This document shows positions 8,101 through 15,844 of a DNA stretch of 36,048 bases, piece by piece; the first letter of the stretch is position 1; every line of letters begins with the position of its first letter. Both the position numbers and the translations under genes were made by a program. Below the pieces are notes generated by a model. The model was not told where the DNA came from, did no database searches, and saw only the letters and a program-made list of their open reading frames with translations. This DNA comes from a virus. Taxonomy: Duplodnaviria > Caudoviricetes. The stretch is taken from IMG/VR virus record IMGVR_UViG_3300027820_000556, positions 1 through 36,048 of that record, one strand, 5' to 3'.

Positions 8101-8636
8101 ACCGAGAGGCAACCCCCGAAACCATCCGAAAATTGCGCCGGGACGAGCTGGTTTTTCTGTTCCAACGCGGCCACTTGGAGCGAATCCACCTTGAAGCGGC
8201 CAAGGAAATCGAGGAAATCTTCCACGCGGTTAGTAGCGCGGTATTTCGGGCCGGGATGAAGTACGAGCCCCGTGACTACGATGCCCCAAAGCGGTATTCA
8301 GGTAGTTTCCCGACAGAATCCCTCTGCCCGTCCGAGCGGCGGATTTACCGGCATAATTACCTGCCTTGGGCGAATGAAATGCGAGGGCTTCTCCCCGCCA
8401 AACGGCAGGTTACGCGCCTGCAACTGGTTATAGATGTTGTGGTGGATAATCGGTGCGTTTCGCACATTGAGAGATTATACGGCCTTCCGAGGGGGAAAAA
8501 GGCAGTTACGCGCCATTTAAAGGACGCCCTTGGCCGATATGCGGAGATAGCAGGGATCGAGCCGCAGCATCTTGTTGATGCCCGCGCCCCAAAACCGGGC
8601 AGGCCGACGAATTACAAGGCCAGAATTTCAAACTGA
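8097..8636 (+). CDS. Putative late transcription regulator with an IS-derived C-terminus
   Basis: Last gene of the replication block; LFQRGHLE...AA and VIDVVVD...IER...LKDAL HTH-like end; last ~20 aa match the transposase tail at 33109-33170. Confidence 0.6.
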   Translation: MNREATPETIRKLRRDELVFLFQRGHLERIHLEAAKEIEEIFHAVSSAVFRAGMKYEPRDYDAPKRYSGSFPTESLCPSERRIYRHNYLPWANEMRGLLPAKRQVTRLQLVIDVVVDNRCVSHIERLYGLPRGKKAVTRHLKDALGRYAEIAGIEPQHLVDARAPKPGRPTNYKARISN

Positions 8637-8645
8637 GACACTACC
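8575..8645 (+). mobile_element. Solo right end of an IS1-family element
   Basis: 61/71 identical to 33109-33179; ends ATTTCAAACTGAGACACTACC, the exact reverse complement of 32404-32424. Confidence 0.85.
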
Positions 8646-8692
8646 AAGATTTTGCTTGTTTGGCGAGTCGTTTGAAGGTATTCTCCTAAATG

Positions 8693-8723
8693 AAGAAGGG
8701 CGGCCAGGTTTCCTTGACCACCC
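8693..8723 (-). terminator. Probable terminator for the 41-aa gene
   Basis: Minus strand GGGTGGTCAAG-GAAA-CCTGGCCGCCC-TTCTT. Confidence 0.5.
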
Positions 8724-8741
8724 CGTAACTAGAAGCCTAGC

Positions 8742-8867
8742 TTACTTTCCTTTGGGTTTCGGCTTTGGCTTCGTCTTAATGGTCTCAACGACGGTCGTAT
8801 TGGGCCGTCGTTGTGCTTCCTTAACCGGGATAAATTCCCCGGTCTTGGCGTCTCGACCGAACGCCAT
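8742..8867 (-). CDS. 41-aa basic protein (not in ORF track)
   Basis: MAFGRDAKTGEFIPVKEAQRRPNTTVVETIKTKPKPKPKGK; recalled GRDA.TG.FI small-protein family. Confidence 0.7.
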   Translation of the reverse strand: MAFGRDAKTGEFIPVKEAQRRPNTTVVETIKTKPKPKPKGK

Positions 8868-8891
8868 GGGGCACTACCGAAAAAGATATTG

Positions 8892-8921
8892 TTGACACCC
8901 CGGCGCAAAGTTAGGTATAAA
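8892..8921 (+). promoter_or_regulatory. Sigma70-type promoter, candidate late promoter
   Basis: TTGACA-18 nt-TATAAA; hairpin GAGGCCAG/CTGGCCTC at 8948-8966 downstream. Confidence 0.55.
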
Positions 8922-9028
8922 ATCCCTAGGATGGTTAATTGCGCGCCGAGGCCAGACGCTGGCCTCAAAAAAGGTGGTGGCGCCCGCCAGTTACCGAAAA
9001 GCCCAATAATATACCTGACTGAACAAAG

Positions 9029-9208
9029 ATGAGCAGAAAGCACAAGCAACCAGTTGATGGGATTGAAGTCACGCCGGAGATGGTGGACGCTGGCTTTCAT
9101 GCGTTTGCAAAATACGATCTTGAGGATTTAGCAGTAAGCAATCCCGACCCGATGATTGAGGATGTTATTCGCGCCGCGCTGCAAGCTGCGCGGCGATTTC
9201 CTGCTTGA
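9029..9208 (+). CDS. 59-aa hypothetical protein (not in ORF track)
   Basis: MSRKHKQPVDGIEVTPEMVDAGFHAF...; recalled IEVTPEM..AG small-protein motif. Confidence 0.55.
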   Translation: MSRKHKQPVDGIEVTPEMVDAGFHAFAKYDLEDLAVSNPDPMIEDVIRAALQAARRFPA

Positions 9209-9238
9209 GCCCATGAACTAGGGTTTGAAATATCTGTC

Positions 9239-9514
9239 ATGGAAAAAGTTACCGTTGATTTATTCCCAGAATTATTTGCGCTTTGCAGCGATAGCGTCGA
9301 GGCGCAAACACTCCTGCGCCAATCTCTCGATGACGGCGGCATTTTGGCCGCTTTCGAGATTGATAGACAGGCCACAAGCGCCACAGGGCATCTGGTTGTG
9401 TACGGCGAGCCAAGCGACCGTTTGAGGCGTGTTATGGCCGCAATGCGGGCAATTAATGGCAAAAGAGATAGTTTTGGACGCTCTCACTGCTCATCTCCTG
9501 AAGCCAAAGAATAG
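9239..9514 (+). CDS. Hypothetical protein overlapping a zinc-ribbon gene in antisense
   Basis: 91 aa ORF, protein-like composition. Confidence 0.4.
   Translation: MEKVTVDLFPELFALCSDSVEAQTLLRQSLDDGGILAAFEIDRQATSATGHLVVYGEPSDRLRRVMAAMRAINGKRDSFGRSHCSSPEAKE
9272..9487 (-). CDS. Small zinc-ribbon protein
   Basis: CPHC-x17-CGAC; AGGAG RBS before GTG. Confidence 0.65.
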   Translation of the reverse strand: MRASKTISFAINCPHCGHNTPQTVAWLAVHNQMPCGACGLSINLESGQNAAVIERLAQECLRLDAIAAKRK

Positions 9515-9556
9515 GCTAGGTTGGCCGTTCAGTCGGTGAAGATTAAGAACGCGCTG

Positions 9557-9625
9557 TTACTCCTCTGTGTAGAAGTCAGGGTCGGCGCCTGGAACGTCCC
9601 AACCAAAGGCGGACCCTATTTCCAT
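9557..9625 (-). pseudogene. C-terminal remnant of a phage/ICE protein
   Basis: MEIGSAFGWDVPGADPDFYTEE*; recalled AM..GS.FGWDVPGADP C-terminal motif; upstream frame closed. Confidence 0.5.
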
Positions 9626-9634
9626 GGCTTTTTA

Positions 9635-9883
9635 CTACTCGTCTTTCTGCATCTCAAGATACAGGCTGATGGCCTCCTCTCCTGCCTCGCGAAGAACTTT
9701 GTTTTCAGCGGCTTCAAGCGCTGCGCCGTGTAGGCGGCCAAGGAAAGGCCAGTTAACACATTGGCCGGATGCTTCTGCGAGGACGTTATCCTCGTAAGTC
9801 ACTGTTAGCATCGAACCGAGTTCGTCCGTTTCAACGGTGACATCTCCGCCTAAGTGCTTGAAACAGTGTGTGTAGGTTTTCAT
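9635..9883 (-). CDS. Hypothetical protein
   Basis: 82 aa with GAGGAG RBS. Confidence 0.6.
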   Translation of the reverse strand: MKTYTHCFKHLGGDVTVETDELGSMLTVTYEDNVLAEASGQCVNWPFLGRLHGAALEAAENKVLREAGEEAISLYLEMQKDE

Positions 9884-9909
9884 AGTCTTTACTCCTCGGT
9901 TACTTTTGG

Positions 9910-10209
9910 TCATTCTTCACCCCGTGCCTTGGCAAGTGCGCTTCTTGCATGATCCATTGCTCGTTCCCAAGATTCTTGATGGTGGATAAGCGGCGGCCCG
10001 TTTTGTTCAGCAAGCAGGTCTATTAATGCTTCGTACAAATCCGGCGCGGCTGTGATTAGATGGGCGTTGGCTTTTTCTGTCTTTAAGTCGCGATTGGAAT
10101 GTTGATTGCGAGCAACATCCCAAGAACCAGACAGTACGGTGAACCAAGGATCGCCGACTCCTTCATTTTTTACAAAAGACCAAGGCCCCGGCGTGAATTT
10201 CGTTTCCAT
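9910..10209 (-). CDS. Phage protein of the FTPGPW...ANAHLI.AAPDL family
   Basis: Characteristic motifs, ending ALAKARGE; AAAGGAG RBS. Confidence 0.85.
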   Translation of the reverse strand: METKFTPGPWSFVKNEGVGDPWFTVLSGSWDVARNQHSNRDLKTEKANAHLITAAPDLYEALIDLLAEQNGPPLIHHQESWERAMDHARSALAKARGEE

Positions 10210-10307
10210 GATTAGCTCCTTTCTAAGTTAGTGCCGGTCCCTCCGCGTCCCTGGGATACCGGCGAGGGGCCTAAAGGAGTGCTTCCCTGCGCGGCCTCAC
10301 TAACTGG

Positions 10308-10586
10308 TTAATTGCCCTTAAGGGTATCAATACCAAAAAGAAAGGCATGCATTTTATCTGCAAGCTCACGTTTTGGGCTGGTTTCGAAGATAACATTTAC
10401 TCCGCCGCCTTCATTGTGCATTTGTTGGAGGCTTACTCCGCCATACTGGAAGCCGAGATGGTAATTTCCAATATTGGCCTTTGGGCCGCTCGGCGTTTTG
10501 GTATAAGGTGTAGCTGGCTGGTTGGTGGCTTTGTTAATCCTGTCCACGATGGCCTCTAGCTGTTTCTCGGTTACTCTTTGGGTCAT
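10308..10586 (-). CDS. Hypothetical phage protein
   Basis: 92 aa; AN.GNYHL...YGG..L....N.GGG; AAAGGA RBS. Confidence 0.75.
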   Translation of the reverse strand: MTQRVTEKQLEAIVDRINKATNQPATPYTKTPSGPKANIGNYHLGFQYGGVSLQQMHNEGGGVNVIFETSPKRELADKMHAFLFGIDTLKGN

Positions 10587-10656
10587 TGTCCTTGGTCCTT
10601 TCTAGGTTGGTTTAGGACTCACTAGAGCGCAGCTACTTGCTACGCTCCGGCGAAGG

Positions 10657-10842
10657 CTAGATTTTGACGTCAACTAGTGTGCCTCTTGGGGTAGCAATCC
10701 ACCTCGGGGTTGGGTTGCGTTCCCATGACCAGCGCTCAACCTCACCCAACTGGCTCCATGATTTGCGTTGCTGGCTATCATGGTAGGTTGGCACAACCTT
10801 TAATTCGGCTTCGTAGGCAACTTGCCCGGGTGTTTTCTTCAT
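10657..10842 (-). CDS. Hypothetical phage protein
   Basis: TPGQVAYE...W..L...ERWSWERNPTPR; AAAGGA RBS. Confidence 0.7.
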   Translation of the reverse strand: MKKTPGQVAYEAELKVVPTYHDSQQRKSWSQLGEVERWSWERNPTPRWIATPRGTLVDVKI

Positions 10843-11036
10843 GGCTTAGTCCTTTCTAGGTTGGTGGCGCCCGTAGTATCAGAATGGTGTCCCACTAATA
10901 CAGGCTGCCCTGCGGGTATCCCGGCAATGGATTCGGTTGCCATGTCGTATCGGCTATTGGATTCTTCGCGGGCCTTTTCGGCTCTGGCTAGATACCGCTC
11001 GCGGCGGCGTTCCTGTTTTTTCTCATACTCGTTCAT
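10839..11036 (-). pseudogene. Truncated DUF3560-like protein
   Basis: RRERY..RAEKA...IPAGQPVLVGHHS, then runs into the leader repeat and stops. Confidence 0.65.
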
Positions 11037-11065
11037 GACTAATCTCCTTTAAATTCGATAACTGG

Positions 11066-11093
11066 ATAGTAACAGCGCTCCCACCTAATGCAA
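11066..11093 (-). promoter_or_regulatory. Promoter for the leftward accessory array
   Basis: Minus strand TTGCAT-16 nt-TACTAT with TG extension. Confidence 0.45.
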
Positions 11094-11157
11094 CAGGTGC
11101 ATATTCCTAATTATCCGCAGGATTCTGCAGCGGCAATCTACAGTAGAAAGTGGTAGA

Positions 11158-11445
11158 ATGGCTAGAGCCAAGGGTTGTAAAAAAACGGGCGGCCGCAAGA
11201 AGGGCACGCCCAACAAAACGACCGCGTTATTGAAGGACGCGATCCTTGAGGCGGCGCAACGGGCTGGCAGCAAGGCCGGGATCGTGGGGTATTTGGAAGT
11301 GCAAGCGCGATTGAACCCGCCGGCCTTCATGACGCTGCTGGGCAAGGTTCTGCCGCTGCAAATATCCAATGGCGACGACGCATTGAAAATCAGCGTAGTT
11401 GAGAGGAAAATTGTCCGGGCGCCGAGTACAGATCGAGACGGCTGA
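11158..11445 (+). CDS. Terminase small subunit
   Basis: KTGGRKKGTPNKTT...NPPAFMTLLGKVLP; directly upstream of the large subunit. Confidence 0.8.
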   Translation: MARAKGCKKTGGRKKGTPNKTTALLKDAILEAAQRAGSKAGIVGYLEVQARLNPPAFMTLLGKVLPLQISNGDDALKISVVERKIVRAPSTDRDG

Positions 11446-12664
11446 GGTATTCGAGCCGCTTCTTAAACCGTCTAGGTACAAGGGCGCCTATGGTGGCCGT
11501 GGCTCGGGGAAGTCGCACTTCTTTGCGGGGCTAGACGTAGAGCGGTGTATTCTGCGGTCGGGCACGAATATCGCTTGCGTCCGCGAGGTTCAAAAGACCC
11601 TGCGGGATTCGGTTAAGAAGTTGATCGAGGCCAAGATCGTCTCTTTGGGCGCATTAAACCAATTCGAGATACAGTCGGACCGCATCCGAACGCCAGGCGG
11701 CGGGTCGATCATCTTTCAGGGGATGCAGGACCATACGGCGGAGAGCATTAAGTCGCTAGAAGACTTTGATATTGCGCATGTGGAAGAAGCGCAGACGCTT
11801 TCGGCTCGATCACTCGAATTGCTTCGCCCTACGATCCGTAAGAAGGATTCCGAGTTATGGTTTGGCTGGAACCCGAGAAACCCATCGGACCCGGTGGACA
11901 GGCTGCTACGCGGCGTTACGCCGCCAAAAGACGCCATCGTCGTCCGTGCGAATTATTCTGATAACAACTTCTTTCCAGACGTTCTAAAGCAAGAGCGGGA
12001 GCATGACCGGCTGCATAACCCTGACCGATATGCCCATATCTGGCTCGGGGAATACGAGCCGCAGGCAATCGGAGCGATCTGGACCAGGCAGGTATTCCAC
12101 GAACATAGAGTATCGAAGCCACCGAACCTTGAGCGCATCGTAGTCGCGGTCGACCCGGCGGTTACGGATACGGAAAACTCGGATTACCACGGCGTTGCGG
12201 TTTGCGCCATAGGCAAGGACCAGCGGGGCTACGTATTGGAGGACGGCTCCTTGCATGGGCCGCCGCACCAATGGGCGACAAGGGCAATCGCGCTTTATGA
12301 CAAATACGACGCGGACGCGGTTGTTATAGAGGTTAACCAGGGCGGGGATATGGTCCGCCATACGCTTGAGAGCGTTCGCAGGGGCGTGCGGATCATTGAG
12401 GTTCGCGCCACACGCGGAAAGCATGTTCGGGCCGAGCCGATCAGCGCGCTTTACTCGCTTGGCCGGATTAGCCATGTAGGAACGCTTATCGAGATGGAAG
12501 ATCAATTCTGCAAATTCACGCCAAGCGGCTACGCCGGGTCGGATTCCCCCGATAGGGCCGAGGCGGCGATTTGGGCACTAACGGAACTGTTCCCCCGGCT
12601 AACGTCCGAGCCTGCCATGGCGCCGGTTGAACCACGCTGCGCGGAAGGCGCATGGATGGGATGA
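11411..12664 (+). CDS. terL: Terminase large subunit
   Basis: Walker A GGRGSGKS, Walker B IAHVEEAQ, WNP coupling motif, VAVDPA nuclease motif; TTG start after GAGAGG. Confidence 0.95.
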   Translation: MSGRRVQIETAEVFEPLLKPSRYKGAYGGRGSGKSHFFAGLDVERCILRSGTNIACVREVQKTLRDSVKKLIEAKIVSLGALNQFEIQSDRIRTPGGGSIIFQGMQDHTAESIKSLEDFDIAHVEEAQTLSARSLELLRPTIRKKDSELWFGWNPRNPSDPVDRLLRGVTPPKDAIVVRANYSDNNFFPDVLKQEREHDRLHNPDRYAHIWLGEYEPQAIGAIWTRQVFHEHRVSKPPNLERIVVAVDPAVTDTENSDYHGVAVCAIGKDQRGYVLEDGSLHGPPHQWATRAIALYDKYDADAVVIEVNQGGDMVRHTLESVRRGVRIIEVRATRGKHVRAEPISALYSLGRISHVGTLIEMEDQFCKFTPSGYAGSDSPDRAEAAIWALTELFPRLTSEPAMAPVEPRCAEGAWMG

Positions 12665-14802
12665 AAAAAGATAATATTATTAAAGAGGCGCTTGAGCGTT
12701 TTGAATCGTCGCAAGAGGGTTCCGAATGGAACCGCGAGGCTTTCTATGAGGACGTGAAATTTGCACGCTTAGCCGAGCAGTGGCCGGACGCCGTGAAAAA
12801 GCAGCGAATCCAGGAGGGCCGCCCCGTTCTTGTGATTAACAAGATGCCCGCGCTTATCCGCTCTATCGTGAACGAATCGAGGCAGAATAAGCCAGCTATT
12901 AGTGTGGCGCCGGTTGACGGCGGGGCGGACGAGGACACGGCGGAAGTGATCGGCGGGCTTATCCGGTCCATCGAGCGAAACTCGAACGCCAGCCTTGCTT
13001 ACGATACCGCCATCGACCACGCGGTCACCGGCGGTATGGGGTTCTTTCGTATCTCGACGGACTACGCGCACCCGGACAGCTTTGAAATGGAGGCGCGGAT
13101 CGACAGGATTCCGAACCCGCTTATGGTCCATTGGGATACGTCCTCGACGGGGTTTGATGCGTCAGATTGGGAATACGCCTTTATTTCCGACATGATCGCG
13201 AAGGACGAATTTAAGGCCCGCTACCCGGATGCGGCTTTGGTGCCGTTTGAAGGGGATAGCCGCGAGGATGCTTCGGATCAGTGGATTAACGACGACGACG
13301 TTAGGGTTGCGGAATATTTCCTCCGAACGGAGAAAGAGAGAAAGCTGTTTCTGGTTGCAATCCCTAACGGAAACGGCGGCTTTGAAACCAAGGCGATCCG
13401 CGAAAAGGATATGCGATCCCACGCCGACAGTGTGCTGGCAGCGGGCGGGGTCGATACGACCGGGGGCAGCGATGACGAAATAATCGCGGCGGCCCTACAG
13501 GCCACGGGGGCCGAGGTCCGGGCGGAGCGCGACGCGAAATACTACGAAGTATCCCGCAGGATCATCAGTGGGTCGGAGGTATTGGAAGAGGACGTTTGGC
13601 CCGGCTCCACGATCCCTATTTGTCCGGTGTGGGGCGATGAAGTTTTCTTAGACGGACGCAGGCATTTCCGCTCACTTATCCGGGACGCCAAAGACCCGCA
13701 ACTTATGTTTAATCTGTGGCGGTCCGCGACGACTGAATTGGTGGCAAGCGCGCCAAAGGCCCCATGGGTCGGGCCGCAGGGCTTCGTCCCGAGAGGCCAG
13801 GAGGACAAATGGGCGTCGGCGAATACGCGCACACATGCATATCTTGAGTTTAACCCGGACGCTGGCCCGCCGTCGCGCACGGCCTTTGCCGGGCCGCCCG
13901 CTGGCGCTCTTCAAGAAGCCCTGAACGCTGCTGACGACATGAAGGCCATCACGGGGATTTACGACAGTTCCGTTGGTGCCCGGTCAAACGAAACGTCCGG
14001 CAGGGCCATCCTTGCGAGGGAGCGCCAGGGGGATATCTCGAATTTCCACTTCATCGACAACCTTTCGCGCGCCATCCAATACGCCGGGAAGTGTCTTGTC
14101 GAGATAATTCCGTCTGTCTATTCCGAGCGGGAAAGCGTGCGAATCTTAGGCGAGGACAGCAAGGAGAAAGTTGCCAAGCTGACGACCGAAGCCGGGGGCG
14201 GAAAGGGCCTATATAATCTTTCCATCGGGAAATACGACGTAACCGTGGACACCGGGCCGTCCTTCGCCACCCAGCGCGTAGAGGCCCGCGAAACCTTAAT
14301 CGAGATTATGCGGCAGGTTCCTGACGCGGCCCCGGTTCTTGGGGATGTTCTTCTCGACAACATGGACTTCTCAGGTGCGGATAGGATCGCCAAGCGCCTT
14401 GAGCAGATGCTGCCGCAGGCCATACGGGACGCCGAAGGTGACGAGGACAACCCCGAAGCGGCGGCCTTGCGGGCGCAAATGAAGGCGCAGCAGCAACAGG
14501 TTGAGCAACTAAAACAACAGGCGGCGCAAGAGTTTGAGAAAATCCAAAAAGAGAACGAGGCGCTAAAGGAAGACCGGGACATCGAGTTGCAACGGTTGAG
14601 GGCGGAGGTCGGCTTCAAAGATCGAGAGCTTAGGCTTAAAGAAATGGAAGCAGCGACCCCGCCCGACACTGCCAAGGAAGAAGCGAGCATACTGCTTGCA
14701 AGAGAGAAGATGGCGTTCGATGCGTCCGAGGGTGACAAGGACCGCGCCGCCGCCCTGGAGCGGGCGCTTATTTCCAAAAACCACTTAAATCAGGAAGAGT
14801 AG
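12661..14802 (+). CDS. P22-like portal protein
   Basis: QWP...R....RP.L.IN, AKDPQ..FN and SNETSG.AI.AR motifs; C-terminal coiled-coil barrel. Confidence 0.92.
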   Translation: MKKDNIIKEALERFESSQEGSEWNREAFYEDVKFARLAEQWPDAVKKQRIQEGRPVLVINKMPALIRSIVNESRQNKPAISVAPVDGGADEDTAEVIGGLIRSIERNSNASLAYDTAIDHAVTGGMGFFRISTDYAHPDSFEMEARIDRIPNPLMVHWDTSSTGFDASDWEYAFISDMIAKDEFKARYPDAALVPFEGDSREDASDQWINDDDVRVAEYFLRTEKERKLFLVAIPNGNGGFETKAIREKDMRSHADSVLAAGGVDTTGGSDDEIIAAALQATGAEVRAERDAKYYEVSRRIISGSEVLEEDVWPGSTIPICPVWGDEVFLDGRRHFRSLIRDAKDPQLMFNLWRSATTELVASAPKAPWVGPQGFVPRGQEDKWASANTRTHAYLEFNPDAGPPSRTAFAGPPAGALQEALNAADDMKAITGIYDSSVGARSNETSGRAILARERQGDISNFHFIDNLSRAIQYAGKCLVEIIPSVYSERESVRILGEDSKEKVAKLTTEAGGGKGLYNLSIGKYDVTVDTGPSFATQRVEARETLIEIMRQVPDAAPVLGDVLLDNMDFSGADRIAKRLEQMLPQAIRDAEGDEDNPEAAALRAQMKAQQQQVEQLKQQAAQEFEKIQKENEALKEDRDIELQRLRAEVGFKDRELRLKEMEAATPPDTAKEEASILLAREKMAFDASEGDKDRAAALERALISKNHLNQEE

Positions 14803-14804
14803 TC

Positions 14805-15107
14805 ATGGCGAGTTTGTATATATCGGAATACGACGAAACGGCGAGCGTTTCGGGCGGCCAAGCGGTTCAGGTCGGCAAGGAGCCTTCTGTTGCGGACCAG
14901 AAAGTTACCTACACGTCATCCACGGCGTCCGCCGCGTTTAACGACAAGACGGTGTTTATCCGTGTCATCGCGGATGCGACGGTTCATCTAAAGTTTGGTG
15001 CCAACCCCACGGCTGACGCAACGGATTTGATGCTCCCGGCGAACAAAGAGGAGTACTTCGGAGTCACGCCGGGCCAGAAAGTGGCCGCCTATGATGGGAC
15101 GACCTAA
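14805..15107 (+). CDS. Small beta-rich virion-associated protein
   Basis: 100 aa; FG.NPTA...D..LPA...EYFGV; coupled to the next gene. Confidence 0.7.
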   Translation: MASLYISEYDETASVSGGQAVQVGKEPSVADQKVTYTSSTASAAFNDKTVFIRVIADATVHLKFGANPTADATDLMLPANKEEYFGVTPGQKVAAYDGTT

Positions 15108-15844
15108 TGTTTGCGCGCCCAGGCGGCATTATGTCCCCAAGCAGCCCATGGCTGCCTAGCGATCTACCGGGCCTGAAATTATGGCTTGCCGGGAATCGCT
15201 CGCCGTTTACCTTAAACAGCGGGAATGTCTCGCAATGGAACGATATTTCGGGGGGTTCGAATCACGCGACGCAAGGAACGGCCTCTCTCCAACCGGCCTA
15301 TGTTTCGTCCGGTATAAATGGGATTCCTGGGGTTCTTTCGGATGAAACGGACGACCTTCTGGAAACAACGGCGGCGTTTAACTCCGATAATATCTTTGCC
15401 TCGACCCAGAAAACGATTTTTGTCGTTTACAAATCTGGCGGTAGCGCGGTTTCCAACAAGCGCATTGCGATTGGTCCAACGAGCGGGGATTCGTCGGTTT
15501 GGGGACATTTCATTGCCGTCAGCAACGCTATTAACTGGAAGTACCGCACAGCGGTTCCTGCAACGGCTACGCTGGTTGGGCCGACAATGGACACAGATGC
15601 GACGTATGTTCTGGCCTTCCGGCACGACAATTCCAGCGTCAAGGGCTATGCGAACAGCCTGACGGCAGCGGCTTCGGCTTCGGACGGCCAAACGTCCGGT
15701 GAAACGTCCACGGCTAAATTCAACATCAATTTCAAGACCGGAGGGACGGTTGCAGAGGTCATCGTTTGTAGCGCCCTGACGGACGCGCAGCTTGCACAGA
15801 CCATGAATTATCTCGCCAATAAATACGGAGTCACCTTGTCTTGA
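15107..15844 (+). CDS. LamG/concanavalin-like lectin-fold virion protein
   Basis: LKLWL....VSQWNDISG..NHATQ...QP...ING.P and EVIV...L....YLANKYG. Confidence 0.75.
   Translation: MFARPGGIMSPSSPWLPSDLPGLKLWLAGNRSPFTLNSGNVSQWNDISGGSNHATQGTASLQPAYVSSGINGIPGVLSDETDDLLETTAAFNSDNIFASTQKTIFVVYKSGGSAVSNKRIAIGPTSGDSSVWGHFIAVSNAINWKYRTAVPATATLVGPTMDTDATYVLAFRHDNSSVKGYANSLTAAASASDGQTSGETSTAKFNINFKTGGTVAEVIVCSALTDAQLAQTMNYLANKYGVTLS

Larger units (their letters stand above)
10216..10865 (-). repeat. Start-associated repeat ACYAACYTAGAAAGGA, three copies
   Basis: GTCCTTTCTAGGTTGGT at 10595-10611 and 10849-10865; CTCCTTTCTAAGTTAGT at 10216-10232. Confidence 0.85.

Noticed and set aside
8575-8645. attL/attR prophage boundaries
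   Set aside because: Phage genes continue on both sides of both copies, and the sequence is explained by an IS terminal repeat
8948-8972. Intrinsic terminator
   Set aside because: The hairpin is followed by an A run on plus, so there is no 3' U tract on either strand
10226-10305. HDV-like, twister or hammerhead ribozyme, or c-di-GMP-I riboswitch
   Set aside because: TCCGCGT resembles an HDV L3 loop and GGGACGC a c-di-GMP motif, but the required helices and core residues could not be built; left as an unassigned structure
11399-11445. Programmed frameshift between terminase subunits
   Set aside because: A TTG start with a GAGAGG RBS explains the overlap
14118-14777. Long antisense ORFs (also 7186-7908, 17948-18589, 18602-19171)
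   Set aside because: Shadow frames of well-supported genes, with no motifs or RBS
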